Positions 37,505-46,185 of a stretch of DNA of 50,706 bases are shown here, in pieces. The notes beneath the pieces are model-generated. The model searched no databases, had not been told where the DNA came from, and was given only the letters and a program-made list of their open reading frames with translations. Position 1 is the stretch's first letter, and the number at the start of each line of letters is the position of its first letter. The stretch is from Methanosarcinales archaeon. Lineage in GTDB: Bacteria; Chloroflexota; Anaerolineae; Anaerolineales; E44-bin32. The stretch is from positions 1-50,706 of the forward strand of contig JAIWHF010000001.1 of assembly GCA_048629905.1 (NCBI GenBank). Direction: 5' to 3'. The position numbers were made by a program, and so were the translations under genes.

Positions 37505-39277
37505 TTAATCCTCGTCAACAACCCTCAAATGGAGCTCCTTCAATTGATTAGGCTCAGCCGGCGAGGGGGCATCTGCCATCACATCGCGCGCTGCTTGATT
37601 CTTAGGGAAGGCGATAACTTCGCGTATATGTTCCTCTCCAGCGAAGACGCGAACAAGCCGGTCGATCCCCGGCGCAATGCCGCCGTGAGGTGGAGTCCCG
37701 TATTCAAAAGCCTCAAGCATGTGGCCGAATCGCTCCTGAGCGACATCCGGTTCAAGACCGATTAAAGCGAATACCTTCTCCTGCAATTTTCGATCGTGGA
37801 TACGGATGCTCCCGCCACCAACCTCCAACCCGTTAAGCACCATGTCGTATTGTTGGCCGCGTGCTTTGCCGGGATCAGACTCCAACCACGAAAGGTCCTC
37901 TGGCATCGGTGCGGTGAAAAGATGGTGACTCGGATCCCAACGCTTCTCATCCTCATTCCAGCCCACAAAGGGAAAATCGATCACCCATGCGAAAGCGAGA
38001 ATCTCCGGATCCAGCAAGCCCAGCCGCTCGCCGAGGTGGACGCGTAAGCGCCCTAAGGATTCGAAGACAACGGCCGGTTTATCGGCTACAAACAGGAGCA
38101 GATCGCCGGGTTCGGCTTCCAGCCTGTGCAGTAAATCTTTAATCCGATCCTCCGCGAGAAACTTGGCAAAGGAAGACCGATGCTCTCCTTTCTCATCAAG
38201 CGCCAGGTACGCTAAACCCTTGGCTCCAAATTGCGCGACGAAAGCTGTCAGTTTCTCGATTTCCTTCCGGCTGAAACTCCCAGATCCTTTTACATTTAAG
38301 CCTCGGACTTCTCCACCCTTCTCGACAACCTTTTCAAACACCTGGAAGCCCGACTCCACCGCCAAATCCGTCACGTCTTTCAACTCCAGCCCAAAACGGA
38401 TATCCGGTGCATCTCGCCCAAAGCGCTCCAGCGCCTGGCGATACGTAAGCCGAGGCCAGGGTTTGTGCATCAGCTTTCTCTCGGGAAGCAGCTTCTCCAC
38501 CATCGTGGTGAACAGCTCCTCCGAAAGCGCCATTATGTCCTCACGATCGACGAAGGACATTTCGAGATCCAACTGGGTGAACTCCGGTTGGCGATCTCCG
38601 CGCTGATCTTCATCGCGAAAACAGCGAGCGATCTGGAAATAACGCTCAACGCCTGCAACCATCAGTAACTGTTTGAGCTGCTGAGGTGATTGCGGTAAGG
38701 CAAAAAACTCCCCCGGGTGAACGCGTGAGGGGACCAGGTAATCCCGCGCGCCTTCGGGTGTAGTCTTGAAAAGAATCGGAGTCTCCACTTCCCAGAAGTC
38801 GCGTTCGCTGAGGAAATCACGAATGTACTTGATCACCCTATGGCGAAGTTCCAGATTGCCCTTCATACGTTCGCGCCTGAGGTCTAGATATCGATACTTC
38901 AGGCGGACCATTTCGTCGACTTCCGTCTCTTCATTGATCGCAAACGGAGGCGTTTTCGCAGGGTTTAAGACGACAATCTTCTGGATTTCCACCTCAATCT
39001 CACCGGAAGACAGATCTGGGTTCACCATCCCCTCCGGTCGACTTCGAACAACCCCCTCGATCTGCAGCACCCATTCATTACGAATCTCAACCGCAGTTTC
39101 ATGCGCCTCAGGAGAGTTCTCTGGATTAGCGACGATCTGTGCAATTCCTGACCGATCGCGCAGGTCGATGAACGTCACCCCACCGTGATCCCGACGTCGG
39201 TTCACCCACCCGGCAAGTATCACCCGTTCGCCAATATGAACTGATCTCAGCTCGCCACAATCATGAGTCTTAAGCAT
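37505..39277 (-). CDS. aspS: Aspartate--tRNA ligase (possibly non-discriminating)
   Basis: 590 aa. N-terminal OB fold (VILAGWVNRRRDHGGVTFIDLRDRSG). Class II motifs (FRDEDQRGDRQPEFTQLD, GGGSIRIH, GIAPGIDRL). Confidence 0.95.
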   Translation of the reverse strand: MLKTHDCGELRSVHIGERVILAGWVNRRRDHGGVTFIDLRDRSGIAQIVANPENSPEAHETAVEIRNEWVLQIEGVVRSRPEGMVNPDLSSGEIEVEIQKIVVLNPAKTPPFAINEETEVDEMVRLKYRYLDLRRERMKGNLELRHRVIKYIRDFLSERDFWEVETPILFKTTPEGARDYLVPSRVHPGEFFALPQSPQQLKQLLMVAGVERYFQIARCFRDEDQRGDRQPEFTQLDLEMSFVDREDIMALSEELFTTMVEKLLPERKLMHKPWPRLTYRQALERFGRDAPDIRFGLELKDVTDLAVESGFQVFEKVVEKGGEVRGLNVKGSGSFSRKEIEKLTAFVAQFGAKGLAYLALDEKGEHRSSFAKFLAEDRIKDLLHRLEAEPGDLLLFVADKPAVVFESLGRLRVHLGERLGLLDPEILAFAWVIDFPFVGWNEDEKRWDPSHHLFTAPMPEDLSWLESDPGKARGQQYDMVLNGLEVGGGSIRIHDRKLQEKVFALIGLEPDVAQERFGHMLEAFEYGTPPHGGIAPGIDRLVRVFAGEEHIREVIAFPKNQAARDVMADAPSPAEPNQLKELHLRVVDED

Positions 39278-39292
39278 CGTACCTCCCTACTG

Positions 39293-39332
39293 AAAAAAAT
39301 ACACCGCCCGGTCTCAGTGACATCGGGCGGCG
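39293..39332 (-). terminator. Intrinsic terminator immediately upstream of the aspS RBS (attenuator segments 3:4)
   Basis: The minus strand reads CCGCCCG-AT-GTC-ACTGA-GAC-CGGGCGG followed by TGTATTTTTTT. It ends about 8 nt before the aspS RBS GGGAGG. Confidence 0.7.
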
Positions 39333-39354
39333 GCAGGTTCATTCTACAATCCGT

Positions 39355-39441
39355 TCACTTCATCCATGAACCCCACGCCCGATGCTGATTCGGATCGGGG
39401 TTGTTGTTCAGAACCAGAAAGCGTGAACCTTGGACCACCAT
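39355..39441 (-). CDS. Candidate 28-codon leader peptide MVVQGSRFLVLNNNPDPNQHRAWGSWMK
   Basis: The ATG lies 6 nt after the TATAAT, the same spacing as the probable leaderless adenosyltransferase gene. Asn/Asp codons AAC AAC AAC CCC GAT CCG AAT (39408-39388) overlap attenuator segment 1. The stop falls just after segment 2. Confidence 0.3.
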   Translation of the reverse strand: MVVQGSRFLVLNNNPDPNQHRAWGSWMK

Positions 39442-39520
39442 GCGACGATTATAGCATCCTTGTAAATAACCGGGCAACGCAGCTCCCGGTAATTCCATCA
39501 GGGTCGCCTTTGCTCCCCGG

Positions 39521-40855
39521 TTACATCCCTCTGATCGTATCGAGATCGTCAGGAGTATCGATATCGAGCATCGCCGCCTGTCCCCAGGGGACAGCTTCAA
39601 CAGAATACGTCTTGAATAACGCTCGTCCCCCTTCATCGCCGTGAATCCGACGCAGCGCTTCGAACGTCGCTCGGTCGAAAAGAACAGGATTTCCCCAACG
39701 CTCACCGCTCCAAGGCGCCACAATCGGCGCTAAGGACTTGCGATGGGTTTCCACCAGAGCACTAACAAGATCCGCATCAACAAGAGGCATATCCGCCAGG
39801 AGGAAAACTGCGCCATCAACATTGGGCGCCAGCATCCTAAGACCTGAGCGCACGGAGCTGCTTTGCCCCTCAGCCCAGTCGGGGTTGTTGGTGATTTGAA
39901 CCGCAAGCTGACCTAACGCATCTTTTACGTCCGGCCCATCTGCGCCGAGCACAACAACAATCGGATCAAGCCCCGCATCTCGCGCCGCTCGGACGGGCTT
40001 ATTTATTAAAGCTTCATCTTCCCAAAGCTCCAACAGTTTCGGTCGACCAAAACGACACGATCCCCCTCCCGCTAATATTATTCCGGCAATCCGCCCATGA
40101 ACTTCCACAACCGGGTCCCCCTGCCGCACCTGCGCCAAAATGACCGCCCCGATACGATCGGTCTTCAGGGTCAGCTTGGCGATTTCACGCCCACGCTCCA
40201 CCGTATTTTGCGTCTCAGCCTTATTCAAAATCACCCGCACCTGCGCGCTCGCCGGCACTGATTTTAAGGCTCCATTCGCGTGCGCCAGTATTCCAGCAAC
40301 GTCCGCGGCCTGAATAATGTGGTCCTTATGAATTCCTAAGAGTGCTCTGATCGATTCTGGTCGATAAACGAAATCACCGTCCAGTTTTGTTCCAATAGCA
40401 TCAAGACCCATCACCGGCACGACGAGATCGACAAACGGAGGTATGACCGGTTCATGCTCCGCAGGCGCTTTCAATGAGCGGCCCCTGGCGCCATCCGCTT
40501 CAATCAAGACCACGGCGCCCGAAGAAGCCGCCAAAGGCAGTAGAGCCGCAAGCAAATCCTCTGGAGGCGCGGTCCACTTCGGCTCTCCCGACCATCTCTC
40601 ACCGGTTACGAGGACGGAGCGCTTCTCTTGAAGAAGCGCAGGGAAGAGGTTCACATCCTCCTTTGAGCGAAGGATGATATGTTGATCAGCGAGATCTGTT
40701 TGATCCAGCGCTAATTTTGTGGTTGTCGTGATGAGAACAGGTGTCTTAGGCGTTAATTCTTCGACCAGCCGGCGGATGCTCGCAGATTTTCCGCCTGCGC
40801 CAACGAAAGCCACAATCTGCCCCGGGGAAATACGCAGGGCTTTCGATAATTCCAT
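39521..40855 (-). CDS. Fusion protein: YqeC-like selenium-dependent hydroxylase accessory domain plus MocA/MobA-like molybdenum cofactor nucleotidyltransferase domain
   Basis: N-terminal P-loop IVAFVGAGGKSASIRRL and overall YqeC-like pattern. C-terminal GIILAGGGSCRFGRPKLL...LLADMPLV...GNPVLFDR...GDEGGR matches NTP_transf_3 (MocA). Confidence 0.75.
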   Translation of the reverse strand: MELSKALRISPGQIVAFVGAGGKSASIRRLVEELTPKTPVLITTTTKLALDQTDLADQHIILRSKEDVNLFPALLQEKRSVLVTGERWSGEPKWTAPPEDLLAALLPLAASSGAVVLIEADGARGRSLKAPAEHEPVIPPFVDLVVPVMGLDAIGTKLDGDFVYRPESIRALLGIHKDHIIQAADVAGILAHANGALKSVPASAQVRVILNKAETQNTVERGREIAKLTLKTDRIGAVILAQVRQGDPVVEVHGRIAGIILAGGGSCRFGRPKLLELWEDEALINKPVRAARDAGLDPIVVVLGADGPDVKDALGQLAVQITNNPDWAEGQSSSVRSGLRMLAPNVDGAVFLLADMPLVDADLVSALVETHRKSLAPIVAPWSGERWGNPVLFDRATFEALRRIHGDEGGRALFKTYSVEAVPWGQAAMLDIDTPDDLDTIRGM

Positions 40856-40856
40856 C

Positions 40857-41675
40857 TCACCCGCTCAGCAGTCTTCGTAAATAGGGCTGTGAGAGCAGCG
40901 CTTCTAGCACGCCGCCGCCGACGGCGAGTGCTTTATCTGAAATCGAGAAACAATAGGATGGATCACCTCGCGGGTCCAGGTCGCCAATTTTCGATGCCGC
41001 TTCGATGCGCACGCCGTCATGCACCAACCCTCGCAGCGCTCCATCAAAGGGCGCTTCGACTGGCACATCACCCACACGGACAATCTCATCACCAGCCTTG
41101 ATCATGGAGCCGATCTCCTTGCCCCCGTCCAGAAGCCCGCTGACTGGCGCCCGCAGCACCCGGTCGACATTAAACCCTGCCACCGTTTCTGGGACTTTCG
41201 TATCCGGCTCAGCGCTGCCCTGCCAGATAACACGCCCCATATTGTGCCCCCGGTTGGTTTCAATCACTGTGTTACAGTTGACCCCGGCTGTGAATCCCGG
41301 TCCTAGTCCGATCGTGAATAGGGACGGGTCCAGAGTCGTCTCCGGTGGAGTTTTACGCATGCGTCCGTCGACCAGAGCTGATGCGTTGATCTGCGCGCTC
41401 AGGTTTCCCGCAGGATCGACCAGCACCGGAACGACACGCTCAAAGCGAAGCGGTGGGATCTGCTCGGAATCAGGGACGAAGACACCCCTAACGCCTCCCA
41501 CCTCGATCTCCCCCGAATAAACAGCTTCGGCAAAAGCGACGCGCCGCCGGACAGCCAGGGGCTGCTGAATCTCGAGTACGACAACGTCGAAGCCACAGCG
41601 ATGCAGGCGCACCGCTACCCCTGTCGCCAGGTCACCCCCACCCCGAAGTATGATGAGTGGTCTTTCAATTTCCAC
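40857..41675 (-). CDS. yqeB: YqeB/EF2563-family selenium-dependent molybdenum hydroxylase system protein
   Basis: 272 aa. N-terminal IILRGGGDLATGVAVRLHRCGFDVVVLEIQQPLAVRRRVAFAEAVY matches my recollection of TIGR03309-type proteins. Confidence 0.7.
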   Translation of the reverse strand: MEIERPLIILRGGGDLATGVAVRLHRCGFDVVVLEIQQPLAVRRRVAFAEAVYSGEIEVGGVRGVFVPDSEQIPPLRFERVVPVLVDPAGNLSAQINASALVDGRMRKTPPETTLDPSLFTIGLGPGFTAGVNCNTVIETNRGHNMGRVIWQGSAEPDTKVPETVAGFNVDRVLRAPVSGLLDGGKEIGSMIKAGDEIVRVGDVPVEAPFDGALRGLVHDGVRIEAASKIGDLDPRGDPSYCFSISDKALAVGGGVLEALLSQPYLRRLLSG

Positions 41676-41677
41676 GC

Positions 41678-43900
41678 TTATTGGATCTTTCCTATGCCGC
41701 GCAGGACTCGCTCAGGCGTCAGCGGAAACGAATCAAACCAGGTGCCGAGCGCATCATGAACCGCGGCGATAACGGCGGGCGCCAATGGGATATAGGGCAT
41801 CTCAGCCATCCCTCGCGCCCCCCAGGGGCCAATGGGGTCAGGATACTCAAGGATCAGCGATTCGACTTTGTCTGGGATGTCCAACACAGTGGGAATGAGA
41901 TAGGTCGAGAGCTGACCGGTCTGGACGTAGCCGCCCGCCTGTTGAAAATCCTCCAGGACTGCATAGCCAAGCGCCTGGACAACGGCACCCTCAATCTGTC
42001 CTTCAACCAACTGCGGGTTGATCGCCTGCCCTACATCATTGGCAGAGATAACTTCCAGGACGCGTATTGCGCCGGTCTCCGTGTCCACCTCAACCGAGAC
42101 AACCTGGGCGACGTAACCATACGCGAAATTAGGTTCTGACTTACCCGTCTTCGGGTCAAGAGGTGTCGTCGCTGGCGGGCGGTACTGATAGAAAGCGATG
42201 GCTGGTCGTTCCCCATCTTTCCACTTTTTCAGCGCTTCTTCAGCCGCACCCCGGATCGCGTTTCCGCTCATGAAAGTCAACCGCGAGGCGGATGCGGATC
42301 CCGAATCCGCGGTTTGCGCCGTATCAGAGACAATCAAGCGGACCTTCTCAATCGGGGCACCGACTGCATCGGCGGTCATCTGCGCCATCGCCGTATGCGT
42401 CCCTTGTCCGACTTCCGCCCCCGCGTGATGCAGGACGACTTCCTCAATCTCGGACTCGCCGTGTAATTCGATCTCCGCCGAGCACTGCTCCGGCGCACCA
42501 AACGAGAAGCCAACATTCTTGAAGCCGCAGGCGAAGCCTACGCCGTGCCGGATGTGCTCTTCCTGTGTGTCATTAGAGGCTTTTAACTCAGGTCTGCTCC
42601 AACCACGCTCTGTATGTTTCCAACCGGCTCTTTCTGCAGCCTTTTCGACGACTTTGTCGATGCTTACGCCCTTCGGCAGAGGCGTATCCACAGAGAGAAG
42701 AGAACCTTCTTTCAGCAGGTTCCGAACCCTGATTTCCACTGGATCGATCCCCAGTGATTCGGCCAGCTTATTCATCTGCCCCTCAGCAGCAAATGCTCCC
42801 TGTGGTCCGCCAAAACCACGGAAGGCGCCGCCAGGAATGTGATTTGTATACACGGAATATGCATCTACCTTCACGTTCGGAATCTCATAAGGACCCGTGC
42901 ACATCATGGTGGCATTCCCGAGAACCTTGGTGGAGGTATATGCGTATGCACCGCCGTCCTGGATCACATCAACCTCAGCAGCCGTGAGAACGCCATCTTT
43001 CGTGGCCCCCCATTTCGTCCTTAAGATGAAGGGATGCCGCTTGTGGTGACCGATGATCGATTCTTCCCGGGACCAGATGATCTTGACCGGCCTATCGATA
43101 CCTTGCTGGTGCAAACGATAGACAGCGAGCGCCAGGACGATCTGGATCGACATATCCTCCCGTCCGCCGAAGGCCCCACCAATAGCAGGGTAGATCACAC
43201 GGATCTGATCCTGCGGCAGCCCCAATGCGTGGGCAACTTGTTCCTGGTCTTCATGCGTCCATTGTCCGGCGGCTTCGATCGTCACCCGCCCTTCTTCATC
43301 GATATAACTAATTCCCGCTTCTGGCTGAAGATACGCATGCTCCTGCCAAGGGGTATGGTATTCTCCTTCGATAATCACATCCGCTGCCCCAAAACCCGCC
43401 TCAAGATCCCCCTTCCGAATCTGGTAATGACAGAAGACATTACTGCCATTATCGGGGTGGATGAGGGAGCTTGATTCACGCATGGCTTCCAGTGGATCCA
43501 GAATCACTGGCAAATCCTCATATTCCACCACGATGCGCTTGACCGCCTCAGCGGCGATCGTTTCTTGGTCGGCAATAACCAGCGCGACCTGGTCACCAAT
43601 AAACCGGACCCGGTCGGCATAGGGCTTGGGTGACCCCGGGCCACACAAGACAGGCTGATCGGGCATGATGAGACCATACTCGTTTACAGGCACGTCCTTA
43701 GCGGTGAAGACCGCCACGACACCGGGGATAGATTCAGCGGAGGTTGTATCAATCTTGGTGACGCGGGCGTGGGGTCGACCCGCAAAGAGAATCTTCATAT
43801 ATGCCTGGTTGGGTCGGTTGATATCCCCCGGGTAAAGGGCCTTTCCAGTGACTTTTCCAACAGCGTCGATGCGCTGGATTGATTTCCCAATCACAGACAT
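41678..43900 (-). CDS. Xanthine dehydrogenase family molybdopterin-binding large subunit
   Basis: 740 aa. N-terminal a/b hammerhead (GKSIQRIDAVGKVTGKALYPGDI). Typical GGAFGGRE, GGFGGPQ-like (GAFRGFGGPQG) and C-terminal GxxE (ARGMAEMP) motifs. Confidence 0.9.
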   Translation of the reverse strand: MSVIGKSIQRIDAVGKVTGKALYPGDINRPNQAYMKILFAGRPHARVTKIDTTSAESIPGVVAVFTAKDVPVNEYGLIMPDQPVLCGPGSPKPYADRVRFIGDQVALVIADQETIAAEAVKRIVVEYEDLPVILDPLEAMRESSSLIHPDNGSNVFCHYQIRKGDLEAGFGAADVIIEGEYHTPWQEHAYLQPEAGISYIDEEGRVTIEAAGQWTHEDQEQVAHALGLPQDQIRVIYPAIGGAFGGREDMSIQIVLALAVYRLHQQGIDRPVKIIWSREESIIGHHKRHPFILRTKWGATKDGVLTAAEVDVIQDGGAYAYTSTKVLGNATMMCTGPYEIPNVKVDAYSVYTNHIPGGAFRGFGGPQGAFAAEGQMNKLAESLGIDPVEIRVRNLLKEGSLLSVDTPLPKGVSIDKVVEKAAERAGWKHTERGWSRPELKASNDTQEEHIRHGVGFACGFKNVGFSFGAPEQCSAEIELHGESEIEEVVLHHAGAEVGQGTHTAMAQMTADAVGAPIEKVRLIVSDTAQTADSGSASASRLTFMSGNAIRGAAEEALKKWKDGERPAIAFYQYRPPATTPLDPKTGKSEPNFAYGYVAQVVSVEVDTETGAIRVLEVISANDVGQAINPQLVEGQIEGAVVQALGYAVLEDFQQAGGYVQTGQLSTYLIPTVLDIPDKVESLILEYPDPIGPWGARGMAEMPYIPLAPAVIAAVHDALGTWFDSFPLTPERVLRGIGKIQ

Positions 43901-43957
43901 TCATTGCTCCAGGCGATGGTTATTTCGAGTATCACTTAGACCCTCTAACTGGGTGGC

Positions 43958-45664
43958 CTACGATCGCTGTCGCTCTAATTCTAGGTCGAATATGCGCCGC
44001 AGAGCTGCGGTGCTAATAGCGTAGGTTGGATCCATGCCGAAATAGGAAAGCGAGCCAGCCCCCAGGGTCTTCCCACGGGTCAATGGAGTATCGGATGCAT
44101 AGTGGAGGACACCAAGGTCAAATGGCAGACCATATAAGTTGACGATCTCATTTATCGGATACCGTTTTGGACGGAAGAGTTCATATACAGCCGATAAATA
44201 CGGGCTTGCCTCCATCTCGATGTCCGTATAGCCCTCTCGATAGAACACATCCATGTAGCGCGGCGTTTGCAGGAACGTACCCAGCACACTTACGGCTTTC
44301 TGATTGTCGAGAACTGTTCCATAAACCAGGTCATCGCGTAGATCTGCGGCGCTGAAGGAATTCTCAAAGAGATACGTGTTGCGTGAATGTTCGTCATGGA
44401 TAACTGCCGGGACCATCACGTCGCCAATGACACCATTCAGAGTCGCCGCCTTGCCCATGACGTAAACGCCCCGCAATTCTCCAAATCGTGTAGCAGCATG
44501 TGAGAGAATCAGGTAGGCAGCCATCCCCAGTGGATAGTCGATGTTCATAACAATCGCGTCAGAATCCTTAAGCCGATCAAGGTCCTCACGCCGGAGCCGT
44601 GTGTCGATCCAATCAGAGCGTATATTTTTAAGCTCGATAAGCTGGGCTTCAACGTCGAAAGCATGTTCGCTCTGAACGCGTACGATCCCAGCCTCTCGTT
44701 CGGCTTGTGCTCGCTGACTATGAGCATCTTTTCCATGCTCCGACCGCACATACTTCTTAAGTGTGTAGTAGAGGAAATTCTCTCGACTGGAAGGGATCTC
44801 TTTGGATTTGATCTCTTCCCATTCTTCCAGGAGCTTATGACACTCTGGTTGCTGCAGGTAGCGAACAAGTTCTTCTTCATGGCGCAGGGCATAACCGCTG
44901 ATTAAGTTAACGATACTGTGGGCGTTACTGGAGACGAAATAAACCGGTCGCTGCAGGATGGAAGGCATCGCCTTCTCGATTCCTTCCCACCAGATTTGGG
45001 TCGCCTGGCGGTAATCATTTAGCGAACCTGCTAAGAGGCGGATTTTTAACCGCTTCTCCTTCGAGGCGATTGCAGTGAGCATCGTCCAGAATGACTCCCC
45101 CCAAGCATCGTGCAATCTCTTCAACTCATCGGTTTTCATCGCCAATCCGGCAGCCAGAACCGCAAGCCCTTCATTCGTCTTGAGTGGGTCATTTAGAAAT
45201 GTTCTAACCTGTTCACCTTGTAATAAGTGATGAAGTTTGTTCCACTCGATTTGGTAGGCAGTTAAAAGCGGAACCATATCGTCGATATCTGAGCGGCTGG
45301 CGATGTAGCAGGCAAGTGTGTCTTTACCATCGAAGAAACTCCTCCGGCGGCGAGCCTGCGCCACAGCCGGCTGCCACTTCTCGACATTTCCGAATCCCTT
45401 GTTTGCGAAGACAGCCTGGCTTTGACCAAGCACAACTCGCTCCACATCTACGATGCAAGATGGCAAGCGAAGAGAACTGTAGATAAGCGCCGACGTATCC
45501 GGAGTTTCGGAACGCGCATCCGGGTGAAGAGATGACCCCATGTTCGTGTGCACTTCCTCAAGCGAACGCACTCGCACATCCATTGTGGACCGTAATAGCG
45601 AGTAATACGTCCGCATGTAGAGCTCGATTTCTTCAGAGCCTGTGCGTGGCACGGTTCTATCCAT
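43958..45664 (-). CDS. Uncharacterised 568-aa protein with C-terminal nucleoside phosphorylase-like (PNP_UDP_1-like) region
   Basis: The C-terminal ~220 aa read NIDYPLGMAAYLILSHAATRFGELRGVYVMGKAATLNGVIGDVMVP...DIEMEASPYL. This follows the phosphorylase/nucleosidase pattern: a Gly-rich strand-loop, GD, then ME(S/A). I do not recognise the N-terminal ~350 aa. Confidence 0.45.
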   Translation of the reverse strand: MDRTVPRTGSEEIELYMRTYYSLLRSTMDVRVRSLEEVHTNMGSSLHPDARSETPDTSALIYSSLRLPSCIVDVERVVLGQSQAVFANKGFGNVEKWQPAVAQARRRRSFFDGKDTLACYIASRSDIDDMVPLLTAYQIEWNKLHHLLQGEQVRTFLNDPLKTNEGLAVLAAGLAMKTDELKRLHDAWGESFWTMLTAIASKEKRLKIRLLAGSLNDYRQATQIWWEGIEKAMPSILQRPVYFVSSNAHSIVNLISGYALRHEEELVRYLQQPECHKLLEEWEEIKSKEIPSSRENFLYYTLKKYVRSEHGKDAHSQRAQAEREAGIVRVQSEHAFDVEAQLIELKNIRSDWIDTRLRREDLDRLKDSDAIVMNIDYPLGMAAYLILSHAATRFGELRGVYVMGKAATLNGVIGDVMVPAVIHDEHSRNTYLFENSFSAADLRDDLVYGTVLDNQKAVSVLGTFLQTPRYMDVFYREGYTDIEMEASPYLSAVYELFRPKRYPINEIVNLYGLPFDLGVLHYASDTPLTRGKTLGAGSLSYFGMDPTYAISTAALRRIFDLELERQRS

Positions 45665-45673
45665 CGGTATACC

Positions 45674-46078
45674 TCAATATCTACGTTTCCTTTTCTCTCG
45701 CCGCTCTCTGCGCTTCTTGCGTTTCTCAGCCTTCCGGTCGATCGCGACATCTGTTTCGCCTGGCCGAATAGGAAAGGCCATCGAGTAGATAACACTGAGA
45801 ACCGTGTAGCTTAGGAGTGTGAATAGAAAACCTACGATGATCTTGATCAGCAAACCGCCTCCCAGAAAGGGAGCGAATTTGGGATATAGGGCAGCTTGCG
45901 GCATGTACATCCAGCCGTTCTCAGCGTTGGCGCGCAGAAACCAATCAGCGAAGAAATAGCCAGCAGTGGCGAAGAGCGCAATTAGGATTAATCCCACCCC
46001 TCTCCACTTGGGATCTAAACGTTCCCTTTTTTCCCGCTCCTTATCGAGAGATCTAAAGCGGTAGGAATCTCGTCCCAT
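45674..46078 (-). CDS. Small membrane protein with highly basic termini
   Basis: 134 aa with two or three TM helices. The C-terminal tail is KAEKRKKRRERREKRKRRY. Confidence 0.5.
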   Translation of the reverse strand: MGRDSYRFRSLDKEREKRERLDPKWRGVGLILIALFATAGYFFADWFLRANAENGWMYMPQAALYPKFAPFLGGGLLIKIIVGFLFTLLSYTVLSVIYSMAFPIRPGETDVAIDRKAEKRKKRRERREKRKRRY

Positions 46079-46185
46079 GACGGCTTCCTCCTCCTCGGCT
46101 CGCTAAGAGCCGAGAACTCTTGTTATTAACTCCCATCAGGGAGCATGTATCGCAGTAATCATGTCACAACGATACCGCAAGAGAT

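Larger units (their letters stand above)
39278..39478 (-). promoter_or_regulatory. aspS leader: promoter plus candidate transcription attenuator
   Basis: TTGCCC (39477-39472), an 18-nt spacer, then TGCTATAAT (-10 at 39453-39448). Segment 2, GCATCGGGCG (39385-39376), can pair either with segment 1, AACCCCGAT (39402-39394), or with segment 3, CGCCCGATGT (39329-39320), which is also the 5' arm of the terminator. Confidence 0.5.

Noticed and set aside
39278-39520. Considered a T-box riboswitch upstream of aspS.
   Set aside because: The only T-box-like string (GGTGGTCC at about 39431-39438) lies at the very 5' end of the leader. It is not in the antiterminator bulge next to the terminator. The leader is short at about 165 nt, and I saw no Stem I specifier or K-turn features. 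The alternative-helix logic fits leader-peptide attenuation better.
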